A stretch of 64,000 nt of DNA from the human T2T-CHM13v2.0 reference genome, Homo sapiens: NCBI RefSeq assembly GCF_009914755.1, contig NC_060932.1. One strand, given 5' to 3'. The translations under genes and the position numbers were made by a program. Below are positions 1-13,168 of this stretch, piece after piece; position 1 is the stretch's first letter; each line of letters begins with the position of its first letter. A model generated the notes under the pieces. That model had not been told where the DNA came from. It saw only the letters and a list, made by a program, of their open reading frames with translations, and ran no database searches.

Positions 1-1097
1 GTTGCCTCCTGGCAGGGTGAACACAGCCCTCTCTGACTCAGTATTAAACCTCCCACCAGAGCCCACCTTGTTTCTTTCCTGTCTTTTTTGGCATACATGC
101 CTGACTCTAAATAATACAACATGATTAAGGATCAGCCCTGGTTGTGAGAATTGACTGACCAGAGCAGCCCAGGAGATTGTGTAGACACTCAAGCTGACTG
201 CTGGACTTTTCTCTTTTTAGAAGAAGTATCACCAGAATCATTTATATTCTGCACACACTCAAATCTTCATTCTGGACCTCAGTGTTGTGTATTTCCTGAG
301 ACAAGGAGCCTAAGGCCCTAACTTTTGAGACAATCTTACATTCCCAGGGTGAGCAGCTTCCTAACCCATGCTTGTGGGTCTCTGACCTCTACTCCCTGGC
401 CTCCTTTGCTGCTTCCACCTGACTCTCCATTCTGAGTGCAGAGCTTTCTTTTGTCCTAGACAGCTATCCTCAAGCTGATTTACTCCAGACTCACATCTAC
501 CCTCAAACCCTTATGCTAGGCAAATCAGGAGCAGACACACTTAATTTTCCAGGTGAGCAGGACTTCACAGTAATCTCAGCAACTACTGCAAAGTGACTAT
601 TAGTGATGATGAAATGGAAATAGCCTGGGTTTAAGAGTGAGACTCACTTGATGTTTTGGGATAGGCTGAAAATAAAAGTGCTTTCTCTTTATATCTGGGT
701 GTAGCTTGGTTCTTTCTATTGAAGTGAGAGAGGAATTGCAGAATCCTGAGAGACAGGCCAGCTATAATGTTTCACTGTCCCTTTATTACCTCGTAAATAT
801 AGTGTCAAACATTATCCAAATCATTTCCAGCTCTTTTCCTGGCTTCTGCATAAAGGAAATGACCAGGCATTTCCCCAGAGGCCCAAGCCCCATGACCAGC
901 TCAGCCTGCTATGCGATAAGGCAGACAGCATGGGGTCACCACTGCTGCACAGCTGTCCCGGCCTGACCTGGCATCCATTCCAATGGGGTGAGAGGGCAGA
1001 AGATTGAGTGGGAGCCATATATTCCAACTCCTTCCATTAGTTCTTTCATGCAAGAATTATGACTACTCAGTACAAGTTCCTATTTCTGTTTAAACCT

Positions 1098-1690
1098 TTT
1101 TTTATTGTGAAATATAAAATATGATCTGCATATAAAAAAGTACATAAAATATAAATGCATGGTTTAATAAATTACTGTAAACATCTCTAAAACCACCTCC
1201 AAGGATGAAAAATAGAACACTGCTTGCACCCTATAAGTACTCAACACACCGTTCTTTATCTAAACTCTCATCTTTATCCTGGAGTAACCCTGACATGACT
1301 TTGAGGGCAATCATCTTGTTTTCCATGATAGTTTTAATATTTATGTATGAATCTCTAATAATATAGTATGGTGTTGTCTATTTTTGACTCTTAAGCAAAT
1401 GGAATTATACATAATTCTGTATAATTATACAGAAATATTATACAAAAGTCTGCATCTTTGGTTTGTGGGTTTTTTTGCTTATTATCATATTTTTGAGATT
1501 CCTTCACATACTCGTGTAATGAATGGTTATCAGATATTCATTCATTTTCATCAGCATAGAGCAAACATTTCCTTATATGAAATATTAAAGCATACCCCTT
1601 CATACTGATGAATATTTGTTGTTGCTTTTTTCTAAGTTGGGTCATTATGAATAATGCTGCTGAGAATATTTTTATACATGCCTCAGGTCA
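1098..1690 (-). mobile_element. Old L1M (L1MC/ME-type) 3' fragment
   Basis: Antisense L1 3' end texture: ttattgtgaaatata...aaatagaacactgc...atgaataatgctgctgagaatatttttatacatg; boundaries approximate. Confidence 0.6.
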
Positions 1691-1944
1691 CTCTTTACAT
1701 CATTAAGGGGCACACAAAAAATGAGTAAGCCTGAATCCAAAGCTAAAAGTGACATTTAAAAGGGAATTTTTTAGATACACTTTTTTCTCTTGTTTCAGAT
1801 GTATCAGTGATCCTGAAGAGAAATATGCAGGTCTTTGTTGCCTAACTATTCTATTTACCCCATCTGCTTTCTGTGAGCTGGAAAAATGTTTTTATGACAG
1901 GGTCAGAGAAATCTGGGGTCCTAAAAGCCTTATTTCCTCACAAG

Positions 1945-2250
1945 TGGGTTCTGGAACTATTGTGCCACCACTCACCAGCAATAAGACTTTGGGAAAGTGA
2001 CCTGATGTCATTAAGCTTCTGTTTCCTTTCATGTAAAGTTCAAAAGGGAATACATTATTGTTATTAAGCATCAATTATATCATGCACAGGAAATTTTGCC
2101 ATCCATGTAGTTAACTATCTTATTTAAGCATTTCAAAATCTTAGTGAAATAAGTACCCACATGTTCTATTTTACCATTTTTATTTCCCAGAGTTGTTTTG
2201 GGTACTAAATGAAATAATGCATGCAAGTGCTTGCACAAAGTTGAAATCCA
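1945..2250 (+). mobile_element. MIR, split by a ~130-bp insert
   Basis: gccaccactcaccagc...ctttgggaaagtgacc...ctgtttcctttcatgtaaa, resuming at agagttgttttgggtactaaatgaaataatgcatgcaagtgctt. Confidence 0.6.
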
Positions 2251-4411
2251 ACCCATATTCATTACACTGATATTGCCTCATCACAGTCTGTACATTTTTA
2301 AAAATATTTTCAATACTAGGTATATTTTATGCTTATCTGATCAAATCAGCACATTGATTTTGTTGTGATATTTATGTCTGATCCCCTTGTTTTGATTCAT
2401 TTCCATTTAAAGTATGGGAAGAAGAAGACGATAGGAACCACAATGAATATAAGAACTAAATTGTGTTTCCATTCAAACTTAGTAACTGTCTTTAAAATGT
2501 CTTCGATCCTCTGAAGACACAGTGAAAACACAGTGAAAACTTGGAGTCCAGATTTTTAAGTTGCCTTTATTTAAATAAACCCCATGTCCTTAGAAAAATA
2601 CTGCATAGAGGTAATTGTTGCATTGGATCTTCATTTAGATCACTCAAAAAAATAAAGAGAAAGATGTGAGGAGATGTGTGGCTACATTTAAGATCTATTC
2701 CTGCTTCATGTTTCAGGTTTGGGGCTTTAGCACTTTATTTCACTTTGGCAGCAAAGTAAGGACTATTCCGCCACCCTGGTTTACAAGGCTGGTTTTGCCA
2801 CAATATTCAGGAAGAGGCACTCGGTCACTTTGATCCCACTACTTACAAAAAAAAAAAAAACAAAAAAAAAAAAAACAAGAAGCAGTCCCAGAAGAGGAGT
2901 GAGAGGAGCACAGTGGCTGAGAAATAATTAGTAGCTTTTCTTCCCCCACCCAGCCTGGCTGCTTCCCACATTCTCTGCTTCAATCTTTTGATGGCCAACA
3001 AGATCATGCATCTTGCTAACCAGCTGAGGACTCCTTGGGTATCATGGCTGATGACTCAAAGTCAGAGAAAAAAAGGAGGGCATGAGGGCCATTGTTCAGG
3101 GAAAATATTTATTGAGTGCAAACCCTATATAATGCACCGTATAAAATAGAAGATCAGCAAGCATGATTCACTTGTCAAGTCCTCGAGTTATTGCATGGAT
3201 TTCACCTTTGCTGCTCAGCATTAGAGATAATGCATAATTACCGTTTTAAAAAAGAAGATTGAGAACATCTATCCTCCAGTAACCCATACCCCTTCTGGTA
3301 CTGAAGTTTCTAAAATCTGATTTTCCTTGCTTTTTTTTTCCTGTGCAAATTTAATGCCTTGAAGCCAATCCCCTGAGCAGTTATGTCAGAATCTTTAGCT
3401 CATGTATGTCTGGAAGACTGATTCCTGAGGCTTCTTTGACATCATGTGCTGGGAGATGAGAGCATGCAGGAGAGCCAGGAGCCAGGAGGGGCAGAGGTGA
3501 TGGTGTTCAGAAGCTAAGAAGAAGAGCATGTCAGCAGAATCCAACATGAAGTCACAGCCATTTGCACTTGGCTATGTACCAAGCCAGTTCTCTAATCATC
3601 AATGATTTCCCGACCCTGGAATTAGACACTATACTATATAATCCCTGGCAAACACTTGTCTGTGGCAATAGTGGCTGTAAAGTAACGGGGATGAGAAAAT
3701 GGTAGGGCTTATGTAATATGTCTTATTTCTTTCTGGTTGCATTCAGTCCTCCTGGCTGTGAGTAGGTCATCCACAGTATCCCTGAAGGCTGGCTAGAGGA
3801 TTTTACTCAATTCTCAAAAATTCACTAAGAAAATTGTGAATATCTAAGCTTTAAGAGGAAGTTAAATATGATACCACTGAAATTTGTTTTCCAAGTTGAA
3901 GATTCAAAATAATGTTCATAGCTGTAGTGACAGTGGCAGTTGTACTGTAGGACTGGCTTTCCACGAGCAGGTTTTAGTGTGCTGTTGGTTTTCTTGCAGC
4001 TGTCCTCAGATCGCGCCTGGTTACTGGCTTCCTAATCAAGGCATGAGGGCTCTGATACGCATGGAGTGTTTTAAATATTAAGAGACTAATGAAGTAAGAT
4101 ATTCAACTAAAGTGAATTAGCATTGATTCATGCAAGTTAAATACCTGTCTCTTAATGAAAGCTTAGAGCTTCAAACTTAATCAATGGGATTGAGAACTGA
4201 CAATTAAATCCACTCAATAAACACTCACCACCTGCCATTACGTTTCACTGGGTTCTTGCTTCTCACCAACTCCTCTTCCTTTTCTGCCTGAAAACCATGA
4301 CTCTTTAGAGTTTGGGTCTGCCTTTCCAAACCAAAGTGAAAGAGAGACAGTCTATAGAAAATACCTTGTCTACTTAGAAAATGAAACCTAGTTGAGTTGT
4401 TTTCAACCCTA

Positions 4412-4681
<270 letters not shown>

Positions 4682-4761
4682 TTATTTTGGGTAGACTTCT
4701 TGGTGACTCACCAAATTCATAGCACCAGTGTTTTTGATTTCCTCAAGACTCCATTCCTCAG

Positions 4762-4935
4762 TTCATTCAATAGCTATTTACTGAGCATCTGTCATATGCC
4801 AGGCAGTTCTGAGTAATGGCAACACAATGGCAATAAGGTATAGACTTTGCCCTTGGAAACAAATATTCAAAGCAGTAATGATTGTGCAATGAATAAATGC
4901 TATTATAGGTATTTACTTAGGATGCTATGATATCA
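4762..4935 (-). mobile_element. L2 3' fragment
   Basis: ttcattcaatagctatttactgagcatctgtcatatgccaggca is the reverse complement of the L2 3' terminus. Confidence 0.7.
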
Positions 4936-5482
4936 TAATGTCTTGGCTAGATTGTTACAAACATCTTTATAGAAATATTGGTGCTCATTTTGAATAAAAA
5001 AGATATATGGATATGTATTCTCAGCCAAATAAAATTATATCAGGACCTTAGTTTTATCACATGTAATATTTTAAAAATTTTAAAAATATTGTCTCTTCCT
5101 CATCAGAATCTTTACAAAGCTAAAATTTAAAGAAGACATAGGGAGTTGAAAGATCTTTGTAAATTATAAAGTTATCTGCCAGAACAGAGTTAAACAACAT
5201 TGTGATTTTTTCTAATGCTTGACTCTGAAACAAATTCTGCACTTTTGACATTCTCTTAGAAGATGCTTATATTTTCCCCTAAATGAAAATTCCCATATCA
5301 GACACTTCAGCTATAGCTAAGCCAGCTCCTTGTAGTTGCAAGTGTGCTGGAAACCCTGTCGAGTAGCACTTAACACTCTTAATGCACGTAGCGTGTGAAG
5401 GAATGGTTCCCAGATGTCTCTCCAGTGCTATCTAAACTACCACCATCCCACCCCTGGCTCCCACAAGCTCTTAATCACCCCC

Positions 5483-5509
5483 CTCTCTCTCTCACACACA
5501 CACACACAT

Positions 5510-5547
<38 letters not shown>

Positions 5548-5548
5548 A
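5483..5548. repeat. (CT)n(CA)n microsatellite
   Basis: Seen directly. Confidence 0.95.
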
Positions 5549-8099
5549 AAGCCATGCACACACACGAACAATTCCTGTGAAACAATCCCTCTCTAGTCTT
5601 CTTCACTCATTGTAGAGGTCATCCTTTTAAGAGGCAAACATGACCTGACAAAAAAGTAACTAAAGAGAATACCTTCCTAAAAGCCCATTCCATTAGTCTC
5701 CCTCACTTCCTTAATCTCCTACCTGTGTGTTGAGTCATATTTACTTCTCCAGCTTCCATGAAACCTCTCCCGATTATTCCAACCCATATTGACCTGTCCT
5801 TTCTTCGAACCCTGGCAGCAGTTAATGTCCACAGGCCACAGCCCCACCAACAGTGGGACTTCCCCCTCAATAACGTCCACACCACATTCTTTTGTACACC
5901 ATTGTTCTTGAGTGACTCTTCTTCTGTAAAATCATCACCTGTAAATAAAATCCTTACTTTGCAGAATACTCTCAAAACTAAAGATAATAAAGTGCTTTGA
6001 AAATAAATATGACAGCATCTGCTACACAGAAGGTACTAAATAAATAACACCTCTTGCTTCCCTCTCTTTTGTATCTCCAGCGATCAGCACAGCTCTAAGG
6101 TAAATAGTAAATGTGTCAATAAATAGGATAAATAGGTATTGATTCGCTCTATCATATTGTATGCCACTCTTTTCTCTTCCCTTTGGAATTATAGAATTTT
6201 TTAAAGCTATAGTGAAAGAACTCAGTGCTCTTTATGCTCCTCCCCTTGATTAATTTCCTCTCAATTCTTGTCCTGCCTAATTACATACAATCTCTTTAGG
6301 CCCTTCTCCAGTTACTAGCTGATTCAAAGGCGTGTTTGTTTGTGGATTTCATTTAAATTTCTACTTTACAGGCTAATTGCTGATGATGTTATGAAAGTAA
6401 ACAGTTCAGGAAAGCTGCCAATGTGTGTCCTATGAATTCATCACTGGTGAAAGCCCTTATTCTGCCAAGCCTGTGCAGAATGTATAAAATATTCAGAATG
6501 GAAGGCACTCATGTAGCAGAAAATATCCCAGCAGATCTGAAGCTCAGCATAGAACAGTGTGCAATGACTTAGAGCCCAGAAGAGTTTATCACGCAAGCCT
6601 AGTACTTCTATTTATGGTTAAAAAGGAGACGAAACTTGGCTGTTCTTAGAGCGTGACCTGAAATCTAGGAACTATGAGAAGTCCAGTGAGTGGATGTGAG
6701 TCTCTTGCTCCATAATGCGGCAAGAGAATACAAAACAGGCTGCATCCCTGTATCTCTGTTGTCAAAGGCAAGGAAGTCAGTTACCCTGCCCCACCTGCAA
6801 TCTCTGATAGCCACTCATGACAACCAGTCATTCTATTGGTCTGCATGTCAAATGGCCACACCATATAGATCACGGGCTTTATGCACCAGAGGATTCACCA
6901 GCAGGCCCTCCTCCTTTAAGTCCATTCTCTTCAGGAATGCAGTATTGACTACTAAGAGACTGGCTCTTCCAAACACTAAGAACCATTTTAAAGGTCTTAT
7001 ATGAGTGAGTGGTAAAGGTGTTGGCAATCGCACTGCATAAAGTCAGCCAACATAGTTCATTAAGCCCCTGTGAGTTGTCATTTCTGCAGGACTGGAAAGC
7101 CTTCCTATCTTTGACACTGCAACTCCTTTCTGCCTGAAACACCTGAAAGTTACCAATGAAAGCTGTAGCCCTGAAAGTTGCATTCTTTAATTAAAAATAA
7201 AGATCAGCTGCAAATGCACCTGGGCTAGGTGACCCAGTGACCTCTATTTACACCAGAAAAAAGATCACAAGGCTCCCCCTACCTTGACTGTGTGTCTTGC
7301 ACATTGAGAAGTCACCGTGAAAGACGACATGCATCGATTCCTTGTCTATGTAAAAGAGAGTGCTCATTAACTATACCACAACATTACTGAGTGCTGCAAC
7401 AGAAAATGGACACGAGCATAGGCAAATGTGGCTTCTAGAAACAACCACTGCTATTTTAAAGTTTTGGTTTCACCTTCTTCGACTCTAAATTATAAGAAGC
7501 ACAGGAAAACCAACAAATGGAATTGACTTTAAAGATTTCTGGTTCAAGGAAAAAAAGAGTCCACATTCTCCCTACTTCTCAAATCCCATTAATATAATAA
7601 AAAGAATGTAAAAAGATACCAAAATCTATACCTGTGCCTGAAAGCAGAAAAATAAAAATGCCATTTACATGCACAAAATTTTAAGAGATTTCTGCAAGAA
7701 ACAGTGCTGGCAAGACCAAGGTGAAGGGTCACCTGATCATCACCCAGATCCCTGCATGAAAGGAAGAGTCCCTCTTGTGAGGCATACACAGAGCCTGAGT
7801 GGACCCCACGAACTATTAAGGTTGGACCATGGGCAATCAGTGCAGATTAAATCAAATACAATGACTGTCTCTGGAAAACACATCAGTACTGATGCCCAGA
7901 GCAATGGGCTGCACTTCCCTTCGCACCTTTCTTTAAACACTGGCTTTGGGCCAAGCAAGAACGTGGGAACCAATGAGAGAGTTGACCAATGAGAACATTC
8001 AGTCAAGTTGCAGGTGAAAAAACAATAAAGATCAAATCCATCACTTCCTTACATGCCAGCAATAACTACATAGAATATACAATGAAAAAAAAAAGGCCT

Positions 8100-9230
8100 C
8101 ATTTATAACAACAATGTAAATTCCAGCAAGTTCAAGATGTAAAGGTAAAAAAAATGAAGCCTTAAAGTAAAACATAGTTTGTTAAATATATAAAATAATA
8201 TCATCTATAAACAAAATTTTAGAGGAAAATAGAAGTGTTAATATAATATCATTCATATAACATCATTTCTTCCAAAATATTTCTTCCAAAGGCAGTTTCT
8301 TAAAAGGGCAATGATTTGCAAAGAGTTACAGATATATGTATGTAAATATTAAAATATTAAATACATAAAATTGTTACAAGTAGGTATACAAAATTTTAAA
8401 TGTAAAATAAAATTAAAATATTAAACCATTGGGAGATAGAGTAAAATCTAAATGACCAATCTCTGACATATAAAAAATGCTAGTGAATTAATACGAGAAA
8501 AATAAAGTTTTGACACCTTCAAAAGAAAACACTAGTAACCCTAAAATATATTAATAAAATGTTTACACATACTACAGGCTAATATTAAATCTCATTTTTA
8601 AAAATATCAAATAGATTATATTAAAATTATAATTCATTGGCAAGAGTCAGAAAATAAGCCCTGCCATTCACAGCCTGTGATAATTTCAGTTGTTACAAAC
8701 TTTTTCACCATTACACAAAAGTGTGTATCAAAAATCTTTAAAAAGCTTCTCATTTATACAGTATCCCACATCTAGAAAATAATTTTGATACAATAATTGT
8801 AAATATAGCCAAAGATGTCACTTAGAAAATATCAATTACAGTACTGTTTTAAATTGCAATAGAATTAAACATAATCTAAATATTCAGCTTTGCGGACTGA
8901 TAAGTTTTTTGAAAGGCTGTATGTAGTCATTAAAAAGTATGTGATAGACATATACTTAATAAAAAACATTTTATAAGAAAACAGTATGTTTAAAATTGTG
9001 AGTAGATTTTAATTTAAGTCTGTTAAATATGCATTCATCCATTCAATTGCCCATTTATGGCCTCATGGAACTTATATTTTAGAGGAAATGCATATATCTG
9101 ACTACATATCTATTTGGAAGGCTAGATATAAAAATGTTACTAGTGACTATCTCGTGATTATCTCAAGCTGAAAGAATGTTTATGTAAGTTTCCTATTTTT
9201 CTCTAGTAAATGTGTAAAAATAAAAAAGGT
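8100..9230 (+). mobile_element. Very old L1ME-type 3' region, degraded
   Basis: Very A-rich, with L1ME-like motifs (gttacaaacttttt...atcccacatctagaaaat...aaaatgttactagtgactatctc). Confidence 0.5.
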
Positions 9231-10384
9231 TATTTTGAATGGCACTCAAGAAATAATAATGACATGGTTCGATTCAGTCAAATTACCAGTTATTAAATAG
9301 ATTTCTAAACATTAGCATTTGAATTCAAACATGTACTTTGAAATAAGCTTCCATGTACAGTTCACAACTAAATTTATAAGTCTTTTTACATAATTTTTCT
9401 GAGTCAATTAATACTACGATTAAAATGTTTTCCTCAACAAACAAATGTGAATAAAAGAAGAACTAATCAAAAAGGAGATGAGAAATTAAAATTAATTCTT
9501 ATTGGTGGATGATTATTTTCTTTCAGCAATGTCTCTCCCTCCTCTGTAGAATGATGCCTCAGTTCATTAAATAAATGCACACATATTCCCCACAAATTCA
9601 AGGGATATTTCTTAAGGATACATGTAAATCACACAAAAATTTTCTTCTAAAATTATGAAAACAGAATACAGTCTTCACATTTTGAAAAATGTGCAGATTC
9701 TGTGCTATTCTCACTTAGGGTATTTATTTGTGGATGCTGGAATGAAGAGAAAACTGCAAGTTTTATATAAGGATCTTTATATATAAATATTGCTTCTTCT
9801 AGATTGCCATCTCTTGCATTTTCTCCCAAGATCCTTAAGATTTTTGTATTCATTTCAATATCACTTCCAGTGCCCTTCCTTCAATCCTGTATCTTGATTT
9901 AGTCAGGATGATTTTCAAGGAATCCCTAGCAGTAGGTTCTGGTTTTAGCCCCACCAGAACTGAATTTTCACATTTAAGCAATTCATTTCACCTCTCAGAA
10001 GAGAGTACACATATATCTGAGAATTCTTAAAGTGTTATTAAGTATTATGACTCATTTCCACATTGCACATCAGACTAATTTTTGATTCAAGATATAAATA
10101 TGAATATGGTTAGACTCCATTTTTTAAAAAATGTGTAAAAGAGAATTAACTGTAGTCCTTCTTTTTCAAACAGGGATGCTTCAAAATACTTAATGAACAT
10201 ATGTATTGTATGCTTGCAAAAGTATTTACACCTCTATGCAACATGAGGAATACACAGAGGCAAATTGCATTATCCCTGCTTTCAAGTTGGAAAAAAAAGA
10301 TAAAGCATTAAAAAAAAGGATTATAATATGTATTCACGTGTTATGTGTAATATGAGATGTGCCATCCCAGCATGCCTGGGAGGC

Positions 10385-10470
10385 ATATATTTGTACCTGT
10401 TTTGCAGATTGAGAACAAGAAGCTTGAAAATGGTAACTGGCATGCTCAAGGCTACAAGAGAGTGATCACT
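10385..10470 (-). mobile_element. MIR core fragment
   Basis: ctgttttgcagattgagaacaaga...ggtaactggcatgctcaaggctaca. Confidence 0.55.
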
Positions 10471-10927
10471 AAATCAACCCTATGAGTAAAGAAGGGAACA
10501 GAAAATATCTTAAAATTTAAAATAAACACCTACCTTATCCCAGCCTGCCAGATACACTAATATTCAAGAAGAAACTGCTGGGATGTTTCTTCTATCCTCT
10601 GATTTTCCTTAAATCTATAGTATTGGACTTGTACATCTATGTTTCGCTGGCCATTCTTCTAACCTTTTTGTTGGTAGAAAGCCAAGTCACATATGAATAT
10701 AAGACTATAGGATGACAATTATTCCTTCTTTTTCAGTCCCCATTATCATTCCCCACCGCTGCATTTCAAAGATTTTGCAGCAAATCTTAAAAAGAAATCA
10801 CTATCTGGCCATTTTTTATTCAACCATTGGCAGGCTTCTTAAAAAAATCAATAAAATGTAAAAAGTATTGCTTAACACATGCATTAGCTACATTGGAAAT
10901 AAGAAAGTGCTTGTGCAATTGGTTTTC

Positions 10928-11083
10928 TATGTGTGTATATGTATATATATATATTTCTATGTTTATGTGTGTGTGTGTATATATATATACACATACATAT
11001 ATATATATATATATATGGAGAGAGAGACACACACACAGAGGGAGAGGGAGAGGGAGAGAGAGAATGAGAGAGAGAGAGAGAGA
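10928..11083. repeat. Compound microsatellite (TG/TA/CA/GA/GGGAGA)
   Basis: Seen directly. Confidence 0.95.
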
Positions 11084-11299
11084 AAAATCAGAGCTTTAGT
11101 GGGGAAACAGGCATCCTAACTATTCTGTATGGGGTTCAGCGCCATCTGATTTGAGCACTTGTCCCCCCACCTATGAATTTCAGTGACCAACCTCAAGTTT
11201 TATAGTGATTGTATCCACTCTATGAAAATGTCTTTGACATCAGGTAATATCTGCATTTAGGACTTGATTTCTTGAAAACCTAGTTTTTTCTTAAACCTT

Positions 11300-11900
11300 C
11301 TCCGGTCTCAATTTACCTGTTCAGACTTTCTCCACCTTGTCTCCACCTACTAATCATGATGATAATGCAACTGTGATTGTTCCTATTCACACACCCCCAC
11401 CCACACCCATGGATTGTTCTACACTACACAAGCCTCCTAGGATGTAAACTTCTGCATTCATTATTAGGCTGGCTCCCTTTCCATAGCCTTGCATTCTCCC
11501 AAGAAATATAAAGATTCACACAACTTCCCTTCCACCTTTTTATAGCTGCTCTACCCCATACCTCCTCTCTCTGTCTTTCTCTCTCTCTCATTCCCTCCTC
11601 CCCCTCTCTCTCTCTCTTCCAATTCCATCTTCAAATTTCCCTCTCTCTTGTTTCTTTCCCATCAACAATTAGTTTTCTCTTCTCCTTCCCAGCCATACTT
11701 TTTTTAAAAGGACCCAATTCCATGTCCTCAGATTCCATTCATTCTTCCACCCATCGCACACTGGCCTCTCCCACCACAATGCACTGGAAACTGCTCATGA
11801 CCAGGTTGCCAGCAAACTAGTCACTGATAAATTCAGTGGACTCAGCACAGTTCATTTTTGTGCCTAATTTGTTAGTAATTATCTAACTCTTTGGCACTAT
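11300..11900 (+). mobile_element. L2 ORF2 relic with CT-rich tract
   Basis: cactggaaactgctcatgaccaggttgccagc...gataaattcagtggac resembles the L2 RT region (STETAL motif). Confidence 0.55.
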
Positions 11901-12019
11901 CATTTGTCTTTTAAAACATGTAATGCAACCATGTTTTTTTTTTATCACTGAAAGCCAGATATTATCAAAGTCTGAATTCAACCATTGTTGCAAGATCTCC
12001 TTTCTTTCACTGTTTTCAC

Positions 12020-12072
12020 TTTTTTAAATATATACTTTTTTTATTATACTTTAAGTTCTAGGGTACATGTGC
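12020..12072 (-). mobile_element. Extremely 5'-truncated L1PA 3' end (32 nt plus tail)
   Basis: ttattatactttaagttctagggtacatgtgc is an exact reverse complement of the L1PA terminus. Confidence 0.85.
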
Positions 12073-13046
12073 CCTAATATTTAAGCATGTCGCTTCTTTG
12101 AAAATATTCTATTTCTATATTTATATTTATGTTTTTGGGTTTTGTTGAGCTGTACTTTCAAAGTTTCTGTTTCTATTATGATTCTGATAGTTAATCATCC
12201 TAAATGGTCTAAGAATTAAATAACATTTTTACATAAAATATTCTTATAGTTTAATTTTAGTTAAATCTTATACGTATTTCAAAATCGTTTGCAAAAATGG
12301 AATTCAGTGTACATCTAGTTGCCATTTTAAAGAAAAATTATCATGCTTCAAACATTTCATATCTGCTCCTACACATATACAAAATTCAGAGCAATATGAA
12401 TTGTTTAATATTGCAACATATCACTTAGCCTCTAAGTAATATGTATAACTATTGAATGCTGCACTAACTTACACCTCTAGAATTGTGAAAACTGACCCAA
12501 GAGGAGGAAGAAAATGAATGATCAGCACGACTGGGAAATGAAATGTTATTATTCAACCTTCTATTCCATTCATGTGATCTGAAAAGGTTTGACAAGTTGA
12601 TTTGTTTTCTCTCTCACCTAAGTCCTTCTACCTCCCAGTTCCTCCCTGCATTCTCAAAGTGTCCAACTCTGATAGCAGCACCATGACCCTTTGAGCCTTA
12701 ACAGCATTAGGACACAGCAACTTTTGTACTGAGGACATATGGCAAACGTGGAGCAGCAGTATCCTGGGGCCTGAATGGCGTTAGTCATGAGAACGGATAG
12801 ATATTTAGAGGCACAGGTTGCACTATGCCAGTTCTGACACTGGATTCTGAGTGACAAACAAGCCAACGGTATGCTTGGCATACCCTTCCTGTCTCTTCCT
12901 CAATTTCTCTGGCTCTCTCTTAATTTCTACGGTGGGTCTCTTGAGTGCTTTGGTTATTTGCGTTAATTGTAATATGGGAACTTCTAAAGTGTGAGAAAAA
13001 AGGCAGGTCTCGCCCAGGTCTAAGGGCAGTAGTTCCAGCTAAAATA

Positions 13047-13168
13047 CCATTATCATCTCAACTTTGCAGATGAGGAAAATGAATCATAAAAAGATGAAGC
13101 ATTGTGGCCTAATCACAGATTTAACCAAGGACAGGTCTGAGATGTGAATCCAGGCAGTCTCACTCTAT
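13047..13168 (-). mobile_element. MIR
   Basis: tttgcagatgaggaaaatga...gatgtgaatccaggcagtctcactc. Confidence 0.75.

Noticed and set aside
4000-4093. Plus-strand acceptor/donor pair (ttcttgcag ... GAA|gtaaga)
   Set aside because: Stops in all three frames and no supporting neighbours; indistinguishable from a pseudo-exon
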